From positions 31,150-95,149 of the forward strand of contig JAQGDQ010000793.1 in the NCBI GenBank assembly GCA_030141605.1: a DNA stretch of 64,000 nt. Direction: 5' to 3'. Shown piece after piece: positions 35,830 to 48,189 of the stretch (positions are counted from its first letter, which is position 1; every line of letters begins with the position of its first letter). The notes under the pieces are model-generated. The model saw only the letters and a program-made list of their open reading frames with translations. It did no database searches and was not told where the DNA came from. Source of the DNA: Tubiluchus corallicola (Eukaryota; Animalia; Priapulida). The translations under genes were made by a program, and so were the position numbers.

Positions 35830-38800
35830 ATGGCCAAAGATTCTCCGACAGTCGACACGAACAAAGAAAAAGAAGGCAAGAAGGAATCGAAACGGAAGTC
35901 TCGGTCCGCTAGCGAAAGCAGTGCCAGGTGGGTCTTTTCTTACGCAGGTCGACACTCTGCAAGCCCGGGGACGCAGAGCTCAGTGGCAAGGGTTACTTTT
36001 GTATGGCTGTAGCGGGATCTAGCTAGTTGTCATGCTAGGAGTCAGTAGATTTGTTCTTAATCAATAAGCTTAGAAATAATGAAGTTGAACTCAAATCAAA
36101 ATGTATTTAACTCCTGTTGTTGATTAATAGCATTATTAACCCAAAGTGTTTTTATCATTTCATAACAATTTTGACCTGTATTTCACATAAAATCTAAATG
36201 CAATTTTTAGTTTAATCAAGATTGACCTTATTTTGTTGCCCGCTAATTAAACTACATGTATATTCTTTTCTCTGGATTATATAGCAAATGTCATAATTTT
36301 AAAAATTACTAATGTTTCCTAAATTAAACTGATAACATCAATGCCCACCAGTGCCTAAAAATCTTTTTATCTATATTCGGTAAAGGATAGCAGACTAGGT
36401 GACTTTATAGTCTTTTCGCTATCCTTTCTCTACTTCTAGATCTATCTATTCATTTTAACCATTCTTCAAAACTTATTAGAGATTCTTTTATTAATCATGT
36501 GTTATTGTAAAGAGACAAATAAATTGAAATTGAATTGAATTGAATAATCTTTCAAGATAAAATAATGAAGCAGCAAAGAAGTCTTATCCAGGTGTATTAT
36601 TGACTCTATATGAAGGTCATGCAGACTGAATCTGTATGCAACTCTTGTTGTTCGCTATTGTGTGAAAATACGTAACGCCTAATTAACAAGAATCGTGGCT
36701 AATCGACTTCAGAATCATGCTAGTCCTATTGTGTCAAGTGTCAAGCAAATTAGCTTTATGCAGCATTACCTATGCAGCAAGCAGAATAGATTAGATTAGA
36801 GTAGATTTGCCCTAATAATTTGGTTAAGCATTACTTAAAATCGTGCATAATGTGTTTCGAAAAAACGTTATGTTCCCTTTCAATATTTTAAAGCAGGGGT
36901 GTGCAAATTATCTGACTAGCTGGGCCACATTAAACTTTCCCGCAATTTCTGCGGGCCATATGCAGTTTGGTCAAGGAGCCAAGTACAGTAGGACCTAATA
37001 ACGATTTTTTTTGCATCCGACCTGCGTACATCATTACTACTACACTCAAGAAACTATTTTAGAAGTTATTAAAATTTATATTACAAACCATATATTTCTA
37101 CTTTCAGGACAGATAGTGGTAATTTCATTACAATGCATATTAGTAATGTGTATCACACAGTCTGTGTAGTACAGTGACATTAAGCTACAACCGTCTTGTA
37201 AGGGTTAATGGCATCCGATCTAGTAGAAAAAACTACCCGCACTATCTTTGCGATCGTGGCACGGACTTCAGCTGGATACACTCAATTAATCACCCGGGCC
37301 GCACTTTCATTAGGTTGAAAAATGTCTTCGCGGGTCGCACAAATTCTCTCGGCGGGCCGCAAGTGGCCCGCAGGCCGCAATTTGCACACCCCTGTTTTAA
37401 AGAGTATATTGGTTTGACCTACAGTTTAAGATTGGGTCCAGTTTTGCTTTAAAGACTGGTTAATATTAGTGTAGTTTTCTGGGTTGGTTGGCCGAGTGGG
37501 TTCGATTTCAGACTGCAACCTCGCAGTCTTAAGTTCAACACTAGCACGTTATTCATTGTTTGTTTGTTACATCCTTACCTGTATTGTTGTAAGTCGCTAA
37601 ATAGCCGTTAGTGCTGATGTTGTTTGTTAAACGAGCGACGTAAATAAATGTTGACTTTGCCTTTATTTTTGTTTGAGAAGCGTTCTTAGAAAGGAGAGCA
37701 CGCTCAGCTAATAAATCGCTTCCCTAAAAAATGTGAATTATCAGGTGAGTCAAAGAGTGAGTGAGTGTGTGGGTGAGTAAATGAATGAGTGAGTGAGTGA
37801 ATGAATGTGTGAGTGAGTGTGTGGGTGAGTAAATGAATGAGCGAGTCAATGAGTAAGTGTGAATGAGTGTGTGAGTGAGCAAATGAGTGAGTCAGTAAAT
37901 GAGTGAGTGACTGAATGAGTGACTTAGTGAGTGTGTGAGTCAATGAGTGAGTGAGTGAGTGAATGAATGAGTGAGTGTGTGAGTCAATGAGTGAGTGAGT
38001 GAGTCAGTGAATGAATGATTGACTGGAATGAATCAATGAGTGAGTGAATGAGTCAATGAGAGAGTGAGTGTGTGAATGAGTGAGTGAGTGAATGAGTGAG
38101 TCAGTGAATGAATGAATGAGTCAATGAGTGAGTGAATGAGTCAATGAGTGAGTGAATGAGCCAATGAGTGAGTGAGTGTGTGAATGAGTGAGTGAGTGAA
38201 TGAGTGAGTCAGTGAATGAATGAATGAGTCAATGAGTGAGTGAATGAGTCAATGAGAGAGTGAGTGTGTGAATGAGTGAGTCAGTGAATGAATGAATGAG
38301 TCAATGAGTGAGTGAATGAGTCAATGAGAGAGTGAGTCAATGAGTGAGTGAGTGTCTGAATGAGTGGGTGAGTCGGATAAAATACGAATGCTTTACTGTA
38401 CCACGTGTCCATTATTTAACGACGTCGTTATTTTCTTGTAATTTGACATTTTGTCACTCTCTACTATCGCAAGTGACGACTTGAATAACTTCTTGCAGCA
38501 CGACGTCATCTCGGAGTCATTCCTCATCAGGATCAGGAGAAGGTAGCAGCAGTTCTAGTGGCTCCTCATCCAGGTCAGTACTATATTAATCATTTAGAAT
38601 AATATTACCAATGGCGGGTCATGCGTAGGCACTGTGGAACTGCAGCGCCCCCTATTATCACTCGATATTATCGATAATATTCAATATAATAAGTCTTTTT
38701 TTCTTTAGTTCTTTCTTTATATACGGAACCAGAACACGTGACGGTAGTACTGTTTGCTTCACAGCCCAGCACAGTGCGATCCAGCAACGAGGTGTTTGGC

Positions 38801-41800
38801 TGTTGTGCGCACACGGCCATGCGCACATGGCTGCGCCCAGGTAGAGAAAGTACTGTCACTCACGCAGTTTGTTGTCAGTTGTTACGCGCTTACCGTGAAT
38901 GGTTCAAACTTGAACTGCGGCAATTTAGGCTATTAATAATCGCTTACGCACATGTCTGAGCCCAGGTAGAGAAAGTACTGTCACTCACACAGTTTGTTGT
39001 CAGTTGCTACGTGCTTACTGTGAATGGATCAAGCTTGAACTACGACATATTAGACTATTAGTGAGCAAAAAATATGTTTTTGTTTAGGAGTTTATCAAGT
39101 TTACGTATAAACTTTCGTATGTCTGTTTGTTTAAAATTACAATTACGACATTAAAATTACATGTTTGTTTCGTTTACACAGTACTAAAACAATGGCTAAA
39201 GATTTTTTGAAGCAGCACCCCCACTAATTTTAGCTACGAGCCGCCACTGGATATTATCTTTAAACACGGATGCAAGCGTAGATGGTTCTTACAAAATTGT
39301 CTGCCAATGTGTGATTTGGTCGCTTCGGCTAAGCAGTAGTAGCTGAAAGGTGTACCACGATGTTAAATGCAGAACCGATCGTTCTAGTACCCTCTTTTAC
39401 CTACCAAAATGTGATGGCGGCAAACGAGTTACCGAACACACGAAACCATGTTATTGTTCTTTCAAGGTCGAGCTCCAGCGAAAGTTCCGAGACTTCTCAA
39501 TCCCCTCGCAGGAGAGCCTCGCCGAAGCGCCCTCAGGCCAAGCAGTCAAGAACCAGGTATCAGCTTTATAACGAGTTCAACGTTGTTGATTTGTGGCAAA
39601 AGTTTGAGTGTTCTAGGCTCATTTGCTATAAACACATGCTTCATGAAGTAATGAATGTGTACCATGTCTAAAAATTCGAATTAATTTTAAGATATTACAC
39701 CAATTGTACCATTATGCAAAGCAATTAATTTATTTATTTATTTATTATTACTCACAGAAATAAATATATACGTTTTATACAATATATTGTAATTTACTAC
39801 ATATATAGGGAACAACTAGGGAATTTCTACTTCTGATTGCAGTTATTTCCAACTTTGTTTCGATTAAAGACCCATTTTTGTTACTCTACCTTCTGTTACT
39901 GTATGTTTTGTTAGCGTACCTTTCATTACCAACCTTCGTTACCACACCGTTTCTTACTGTACCTTTTCTTACTGTACTGTTTCTTACTGTACCTTTTCTT
40001 ACTGTACCTTTTCTTACTGTACCATTTGTTACTGTACTGTTTCTTACTGTACCTTTTGTTACTGTACTTTTGGTTACTGTACCTTTTCTTACTGTACCTT
40101 TTCTTACTGTACCATTTGTTACTGTACCTTTTCTTACTGTACATTTTCTTACTGTGCCTTTTCTTACTGTACTTTTTCTTACTGTACCTTTTCTTACTGT
40201 ACCATTTCTTAGTGTACCTTTTCTTACTGTACCATTTGTTACTGTACCTTTTCTTACTGTACCTTTTCTTACTGTACCATTTGTTACAGTACCTTTTCTT
40301 ACTGTACCTTTCTTACTGTACCTTTCTTACTGTACCATTTCTTACTGTACCGTTTGTTACTGTACCTTTTCTTACTGTACCTTTTTTACTGTACCATTTG
40401 GTACTGTACCTTTTCTTACGGTACCTTTTCTTACTGTACCTTTTCTTACTGTACCATTTGTTACTGTACCTTTTCTTACTGTACCTTTTCTTACTGTACC
40501 ATTTGTTACTGTACCTTTTCTTACTGTACCTTTTCTTACTGTACCTCTTCTTACTGTACCGTTTATTGCTGTATCATTTGTTACGTTTTCTTACTGTACC
40601 TTTTCTTGCTGTACCATTTATTACTGTACCTTTTCTTACTGTACCATTTGTTACTGTACCTTTTCTTACTGTACCATTTGTTACTGTACATTTTCTTACT
40701 GTACCGTTTATTGCTGTATCATTTGTTACGTTTCTTACTGTACTTTTCAGATCTCCTTCACCAAGGCGACGGAAACGGAGTCCGACGCCGAAGCCCACAA
40801 AGATACACATCGGCGCACTGACGAGAAACATCACAAAGGACCATGTACAGGAAATCTTTGCAACGTACGGAAGTGTCAAGGTATGCACTCGGCGACCAGT
40901 AATAAAGACGCAAGAACAAACTCACAATTAATAAGCTTTTTTACACTTCCCTCGATTGATGGTGATCGTGAAAAGGTCAAAGGTTAAGTGTGCCAGACAA
41001 CGCATTTGTGTACACTTGACAACGCCTCGCAGCCCAAGCTGCTGTAATAGTAACAGTTTTAACAGCTAGCTAGAACCTTACCTAGTTCATTTTTTTCCCC
41101 AACCAAGATCCTACTAGTAAATCACACTACACACACACCAATGAAAAATAAAGTAAAGTCAACATAAAACAATCGACATTACTAAACCGATGCGGCGGAC
41201 ACTTTTGCTTTACCCACACATCACGTGACGTTTACAATTAAGATGAGTTGCTATGGTACACTTAACCTTTGACCTACAGCACTGAGCGTAGGTGTCATTT
41301 TTACCTGTGTCACTTTTACCTGCGTCACTTTTTTCTGTGTCATTTTTACCTGTGTCACTTTTACCCGTGCCATTTTTGCCCGTGTCATTTTTACCTGTAA
41401 CACTTTTACCTGTGTCACTTTTACCTGCATCACTTTTTTCTGCGTCATTTTCACCTGTGTCAACGAGACTGAAAAGACTTATTTATGGTGGCTGGAAAAA
41501 AGACATTTTTTTCTTACAAAAGAAAGTCAGATATTCGTACAAAAATATTCAATTCAGTCACAATTTATTCAGGTACCATCGAACAATTGAACAATTAAAA
41601 TAGTAAAACGGAAAATGTTTTAAATCAGTTATTAAGTGACAATACATGACTTGTACATATTGACGACAGTATTTGTACATGATGGCATTATATGTGTGTG
41701 AACAAATCACGCTTTGTTCGACATCTTAGGGTTACGCTTGCGGTTAGGGTTAAGGTTAAGGTTAGATTTATTTTTCTTGCGACTTTTTTTGGATTTTTTC

Positions 41801-44112
41801 TATGACTTCTTAAGTATGCCATTTATACCATGTCATTTTTACCTGTGTAATTTTTGCCTGTGTCATTTTTACTTTGTCATTTTTTGTGTCTTTTTACTTG
41901 TGTCACTTTTACCTGTGTCATTTTTCCTGCATCTTTTTACCTGTGTCATTTTTACCAGTGTCATTTTTACCTGTTATTTTTTCCTGTCTTTTTTACTTGT
42001 GTCATTTTTACCTGTGTGACTTTTTACCTGCACCATTTTTACCTGTGTCACTTACCCGTGTCATTTTTACCTGTGTGACTTTTGCCGGTGTCCTTTTTAC
42101 CTGTGACACTTTTACCTGTGTCATTTTTACCTGTGTCACTTTTCTGCATCATTTTACGTGTGTCACTTTTGCCCGTGTCATTTTTACCTGTATCCCTTTT
42201 GCCCATGTCATTTTTACCTTTGACACCTTTACCTGTGTCACTTTTGCTTGCATCATTTTTACCTGTGTCACCTTCCCCGCATCTTTTGAGACATATCATT
42301 GCCCTTCTGTTTTTTCTTTTAACACGTTTCTATTTTGCCGTAGGATGTGGCAATGTACATGGATACTCTGCATCCGCATCTGAACAGAGGTGACGCGTAC
42401 GTGGAGTTTGAAAAGCCGGAAGAAGCGCAGTTGGCTTTAAAGCACATGGATGGAGGTATGGCAACTGGTGCATTGTATTTTCTTGCCCAGATGTAGTAGT
42501 GAAATCGTAATAATTTGACGCTGGGATAGTCGTATTCACAAAGTTAAGCAGTGCTGGGTTTGGTTGAGTTAAATGGATGGGTGAATTACTGTTGCAAAAC
42601 AGTTTTAATTGGCATCTTGCCTTGTCTCGGTTTAGATCAGACAATTATCTTTGGTAACGAGTAGGTTCTGGTACCACCACAACTGTATAAGCCCTAAAAT
42701 TGAATGTCACGTGTTTACTACCAAATTTTGCGGTAAGTCCTCGTTTAACGGCGCCCCGTTTAGCGACGTTTCGTTTTAGCGACGCTAAATATTGACACTT
42801 TTTTCACCTAATGACGCGCTTTCATTTTAGCGATTTTTTTACTTTGCTCAAAGCATTTTGTGCTTTTTACTGAGTTTGAATCGCTAAAATACTATTTTTG
42901 CATTGTTCTGTTCAAAAGAGCTGCTGATTGTTACTATGATAAGAACTACGTGGCCAATAATGCGATTTTGTCTTTCGTTTCCCGACGGACTGTTAAATGG
43001 TGAAAACTGCAAGCTTGAGAACAGACAGCAAGACATCCATTTCATTACCTGGCGACTACAAAAGTACTACCTGACTGCGATTGAAAAATGCAAACTTTTT
43101 GAGTGAGGAAATCTGCCCACGGCCTGTTGCTATGGCAACCAGTGTCTAGACGAAATTGTCTCGTTAAGGCTAAGAACTTCGCCCGCGGGAGTAAGGCAGC
43201 AATGCGTGTCACTTGCACTAAAACAGCGGATTCGTGGCTTGTAAGAGAGACCGCCAGCTAGGCGTAGGTAAAAATCATAGGCGGTTTATTCAAGGTAAGT
43301 AGAAAAAAATGACACGGTAAGAATATGCAAAAACAAACAAACAATATTTAGTTTAATGAACTAAGCATTATTGATATTTGCGCGTAGAGTGTATTTCGGT
43401 GCTTTTGCATTACTTCCCATTCAAAATTTGGTTCCGTTTTATGACGTTTCATTTAACGACACATTTTCCTGCAAGGCATGGGGTCGTTAAGCGAGGACTT
43501 AGTTCGTTTTACGACGTTTCACTTAACGACACATTTTGCTATTAGGCATGGGGTCGTTAAGCGAGGACTTACTTCGTTTTACGACGTTTCACTTAACGAC
43601 ATATTTTCCTATGAGGCATTAGGGTCGTTAAGCGAGGTCTTACTTCTTTCTACGGCGTTTCACTTAACGACACATTCTGCTGTAAGGCATTAGGGTCGTT
43701 AAGCGAGGTCTTACCTTATGATAAAATTTTGTATTGGTTTTGAGGGTAAATTGTATTGACAACAACACTGTGATTATAAAAATAATATAATATGACTGAA
43801 TATGTCTAACATAAACTGTTGTTTGTTAGCCTTGCTGCAGCCATGCTGATTAACTGAAAAACAATCCGCATTTCAGGACAAATTGACGGCAAGGAGGTTG
43901 CCGTGTCGCTGGTGATTCAGCGGCAGCCTAGCCGAAACTTTACTCAGGAGCGGGCACAAAATCGCTACGGTCGATTCCCTCCACGTCCGAACTGGTTTCC
44001 GAGGTCACGCAGGTCGCCTCCGCGAAGGCGCCGCACGCCGCCTAGGAGATCTCGGTCGCCGCGACGACGACGAGAACGATACAGTCGATCCAGCTCGAGT
44101 TCCTCGCATTAG
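35830..44112 (+). CDS. RNPS1: RNA-binding protein with serine-rich domain 1 (EJC/ASAP-PSAP component), complete, about 246 aa
   Basis: Exons 35830-35927, 38499-38573, 39467-39556, 40751-40880, 42344-42455, 43877-44112 total 741 nt in one open frame. Ser-rich N-terminus, then RRKRSPTPKPTKIHIGALTRNITKDHVQEIFATYG...HPHLNRGDAYVEFEKPEEAQLALKHMDGGQIDGKEV (RNPS1-type RRM), then an RS/P tail (RRSPPRRRRTPPRRSRSPRRR...SRSSSSSS). An acceptor at 35816-35817 implies an upstream exon. Confidence 0.93.
36894..37394. mobile_element. hAT (Charlie-like) MITE, family C
   Basis: Same TIRs, with a perfect 8-bp TSD TTTTAAAG. Confidence 0.88.
37745..38372. repeat. (GAGT/GAAT)n tetranucleotide microsatellite
   Basis: Degenerate GAGT/GAAT tract in RNPS1 intron 1. 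Confidence 0.9.
38609..39249. mobile_element. hAT-like MITE
   Basis: CAATGGCGG...CCGCCACTG termini with a decayed 8-bp TSD (AATATTAC/GATATTAT). A related left end is at about 4920-5015. Contains an internal tandem duplication of about 125 bp. Confidence 0.55.
39950..40748. repeat. 15-bp minisatellite abutting the RNPS1 exon 4 acceptor
   Basis: (ACTGTACCTTTTCTT)n, about 50 units, ending in ...CTTACTGTACTTTTCAG. Confidence 0.92.
40932..41280. mobile_element. Dispersed repeat with 18-bp subterminal inverted repeats
   Basis: AGGTCAAAGGTTAAGTGT...ACACTTAACCTTTGACCT. A reverse-complement copy lies at about 25759-26095. Confidence 0.6.
41290..42275. repeat. 15-bp minisatellite in two blocks
   Basis: (TTTTACCTGTGTCAY)n at about 41290-41460 and 41830-42275. 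Confidence 0.85.
42731..43715. mobile_element. Tigger-like MITE with a tandemly amplified right terminus
   Basis: Left end GGTAAGTCCTCGTTTAACG. The right-end motif CGTTAAGCGAGG(A/T)CTTA occurs four times at about 70-bp period (about 43437-43715). Confidence 0.6.
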
Positions 44113-44384
44113 ACGCGCTGCTCCGCACAGAAAGAAACCTACTACTGTGTTTAGTTGTTTAGTGTTTGTTTATTGTTTAGAAAGAGTCTGAGATAAGTGA
44201 AAGTAATAACAAAATAGTGAGATAATTGAGTTTGTCATCTGCGTAACGCTACCCGTTCCTGTTCTTGTATCGGATGTGATTTGATGTGGTAATGTAACTG
44301 GTACAAACCAAGAACATATCTAGCTTGTTCTTTTTTGCATAGTGCTTTTGTATAATACCAGATGACCAGAAGGATTTTGATGTA

Positions 44385-46152
44385 CACTCACGTCTCGGTT
44401 TGCCGGACAAAAGCCGGGAGACATCTACCCGAATTTACCGATTGTCCATATTTACTGATACTAGCTAATGCAGTAGGCGCCCATGTATTAGATTAATGGT
44501 AATGTAGAATCAATCGCCTAATTGTCTCAAAAATGTCTAGTACGGGCCACTTCTGACATATTAGACTCACGGTAATGTAGAATCAATCATCTAATTGTCT
44601 CAAAAACGTTTAGTACGGGCCACTCCTGACATATTAGACTCAAGGTAATGTAGAATCAATCGTCTAATTGTCTCAAAAACGTCTAGTACGGGCCACTCCT
44701 GACATATTAGACTCACAGTAATGTAGAATCAATCATCTAATTGTCTCAAAAACGTTTAGTACGGGCCACTCCTGACATATTAGACTCACAGTAATGTAGA
44801 ATCAATCATCTAATTGTCTCAAAAACGTTTAGTACGGGCCACTCCTGACATATTAGACTCACGGTAATGTAGAATCAATCGCCTAATTGTCTCAAAAACG
44901 TCTAGTACGGGCCACTCCTGACATATTAGACTCACAGTAATGTAGAATCAATCACCTAATTGACTCAAAAACGTCTAGTACGGGCCACTCCTGACATATT
45001 AGACTCACGGTAATGTAGAATCAATCACCTAATTGTCTCAAAAATGTCTAGTACGGGCCACTCCTGACATATTAGACTCACAGTAATGTAGAATCAATCA
45101 CCTAATTGACTCAAAAACGTCTAGTACGGGCCACTCCTGACATATTAGACTCACGGTAATGTAGAATCAATCACCTAATTGTCTCAAAAACGTCTAGTAC
45201 GGGCCACTCCTGACATATTAGACTCACTGTAATGTAGAATCAATCATCTAATTGTCTCAAAAACGTCTAGTACGGGCCACTCCTGACATATTAGACTCAC
45301 GGTAATGTAGAATCAATCACCTAATTGACTCAAAAACGTCTAGTACGGGCCGCTCCTGACATATTAGACTCACGGTAATGTAGAATCAATCGTCTAATTG
45401 TCTCAAAAACGTTTAGTATGGGCCGCTCCTGACATATTAGACTCAAGGTAATGTAGAATCAATCACCTAATTGTCTCAAAAACGTTTAGTATGGGCCGCT
45501 CCTGACATATTAGACTCACGGTAATGTAGAATCAATTGCCTAATTGTCTCAAAAACGTCTAGTACGGTCCGCTCCTGACATATTAGACTCACGGTAATGT
45601 AGAATCAATTGCCTAATTGTCTCAAAAACGTTTAGTATGGGCCGCTCCTGACATATTAGACTCACGATAATGTAGAATTAATCGCTTAATTGTCTCAAAA
45701 ACGTCTAGTACGGGCCGCTTCTGACATATTAGACTCACGATAATGTAGAATCAATCACCTAATTGTCTCAAAAATGTCTAGTACGGGCCGCTTCTGACAT
45801 ATTAGACTCACGATAATGTAGAATTAATCGCTTAATTGTCTCAAAAATGTCTTGTACGGGCTGCTCCTATGCAAAAGTATATAAAACTGTCAGCAATTGA
45901 CTCAAATAACTTCACATAATTGACTCTAAACCACTAAACACGCTGAATTAACCACTAAACACGTTGACATACAAGCTACAGATGTGTCGTTACACGCTGC
46001 TTGGATGTAAACAAAGTGATGGCCCGCCAACTAGTGGTAAGGTGGCAAAATAACACTGTGTCCATAGTATGCGGAACTTTTTAGCGCTCCAGATTTTCTC
46101 CGATTCTTCCAATATCCGTAAAAATGGGGTCCGACAAACCGAGATGTGAGTG
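44385..46152. mobile_element. TA-flanked MITE, family D, carrying a 73-bp tandem array
   Basis: TA|CACTCACGTCTCGGTTTG...CAAACCGAGATGTGAGTG|TA. About 19 copies of a 73-bp unit at about 44498-45868. Opposite orientation to the 28575 copy. Confidence 0.85.
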
Positions 46153-46792
46153 TAGTCGCTTTGTTCAACACCTGCTATTGTTTACGGGATGAACAGGCTT
46201 TTACATGTTTTTTTTATTTCTTACTTCATGTTGTTTTAATTTTGTACTTTGCTATTACATCAAATTCTTAAATTTTAAAGTAATACCATCTACGTTAAAG
46301 TAGTTGTGTTTTACCTTAAATGGTGTGTATAAGGTAAACATTTTTTGCTGTACTTTTTGTTTAGTTTTCGTTTCGGTATGAATTCAGTGTCGGCAGTACA
46401 TTTTGGACAGTAAATTAAAATGATACTGAGTCTAAACAATCGTCTGATTTTCCTTTAAATGAGCTGTTTCATTTTATATTTTCTAATTTCAAGTGTAATT
46501 GTCGCTTCAAGTATATTTTCTATACGACGATAATTTTCATGGATGCTATTATATATTGCTGTGCTGTAACTGTTTGAAAGTGTTCAACGACGTTTTATTT
46601 CTGTATGTAATGAATAAATGATTCCCCAGTCAATTCTTACTTCGTGTTTTTAATTACCTGTGGAATAAATGGTTTTAGAATTTGGTTTTACGATGAAGAG
46701 ACGTTTTGGGTGTCTTATTGCGAATTCATGTCAAATATATAGCTAAAAGACCAATAAAATGCTCACCGGACATGTCTTTTGCATAATTACTA

Positions 46793-47691
46793 CAGTCAAC
46801 CTCTGGTATAAGGTACTCGCTTATAAGGGACATTTGCTTATAAAGGACCACCAGCACTGGTCCCGATTTTTCGTCACGTTTTTCCTATGTAAAAGTCGTC
46901 TTATATAAGGTACTCGGATATAAGGGACTTTTGGTTATAAGGGACCACCAGCACCGGTCCCGATTTTTCGTCACGTTTTTCCTATGTAAAAGTCTTCGTA
47001 CATAAGGTACTCGGATATAAGGGACTTTTGGTTATAAGGGACCACCAGCACCGGTCCCGATTTTTCGTAACGTTTGTCCTATGTAAAAGTCTTCGTATAT
47101 AAGGTACTCGGATATAAGGGACTTTTGGTTATAAGGGACCACCAGCACCGGTCCCGATTTTTTGTCACGTTTTTCCTATGTAAAAGTCTTCGTACATAAG
47201 GTACTCGGATATAACGGACTTTTGGTTATAAGGGACCACCAGTACTGGTCCCGATTTTTCGTAACATTTGTCCTATGTAAGTCTTCGGATATAAGGGACC
47301 ACCAGCACCGGTCCCGATTTTTCGTAACGTTTGTCCTATGTAAAAGTCTTCGTATATAAGGGACTTTTGGTTATGAGGGACGATATCTTCAGGTCCCGCG
47401 TAATAGAAACCCAGATAAATTACCTAGCATGTAAAGGACCCTATGATCAAAGTGAAATTGACCAATTTTTAACCTCAATTTTTCGCAAACTAGGTCTTTG
47501 AACAGCTTGATTTCCACGGTCGCATCACTGGAGGAGCTTCTTAATACCGTTTGCACTGAATATGTAGCAATAATCCATAAAAATACGGGTAAAAGTACAG
47601 GTCTAGGTACAACCTTGGTGTGATTCAACTTCGGATATAAGGGACAGTTTTGTTCCAGTCCCAAGGTGTCCCTTATATCCGAGGTTGACTG
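46793..47691. mobile_element. pogo/Tigger-like MITE with an internal tandem array of about 97 bp
   Basis: TA|CAGTCAACCTC...GAGGTTGACTG|TA. A partial reverse copy lies at about 29997-30137. Confidence 0.8.
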
Positions 47692-48189
47692 TATTTATTT
47701 AATTTTGTTGTATTGAGAAAGCGGGGAAGTATGAAAATGAAAATTTGCCATCCACTTCAGATGCATTTAATACTTTCCGACAACTAATAATTTTTGCATT
47801 TGGCGCTATCGGTTAAAACAATCCAAGTAATAATGTACTACATGTAACGTGGTGACATCTATTGGTTGAAAAGAGTAATGTCGTAATTTTATTCAATTAT
47901 GAGTATTATAATTTAATTTTTGATAATAAAACCTGGTGTTACTTGCAAGTAATGCTGCAGACACTAAACGTTGCAGAGTAGTTTTAGTCTGTTGATTCTT
48001 TTGAACAAATGGGTTATACACATCTCTGGATTTGAATTTGATCTAGTCTCGTTTGGGCATACGATCTAATTTACGAATTGTTATACTGTCATGATCACCA
48101 TATTTTCCCCCAAAGTAATTGTTGTTACACGCTACAATAATATTAGCAACCAGACAAATGCGTGCATAATAAAGTAGTATTTATTAAAC

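Noticed and set aside
39878-40987. Hydrophobic ORFs of 369 and 301 aa
   Set aside because: Translation of the 15-bp satellite; only 40751-40880 is a real RNPS1 exon.
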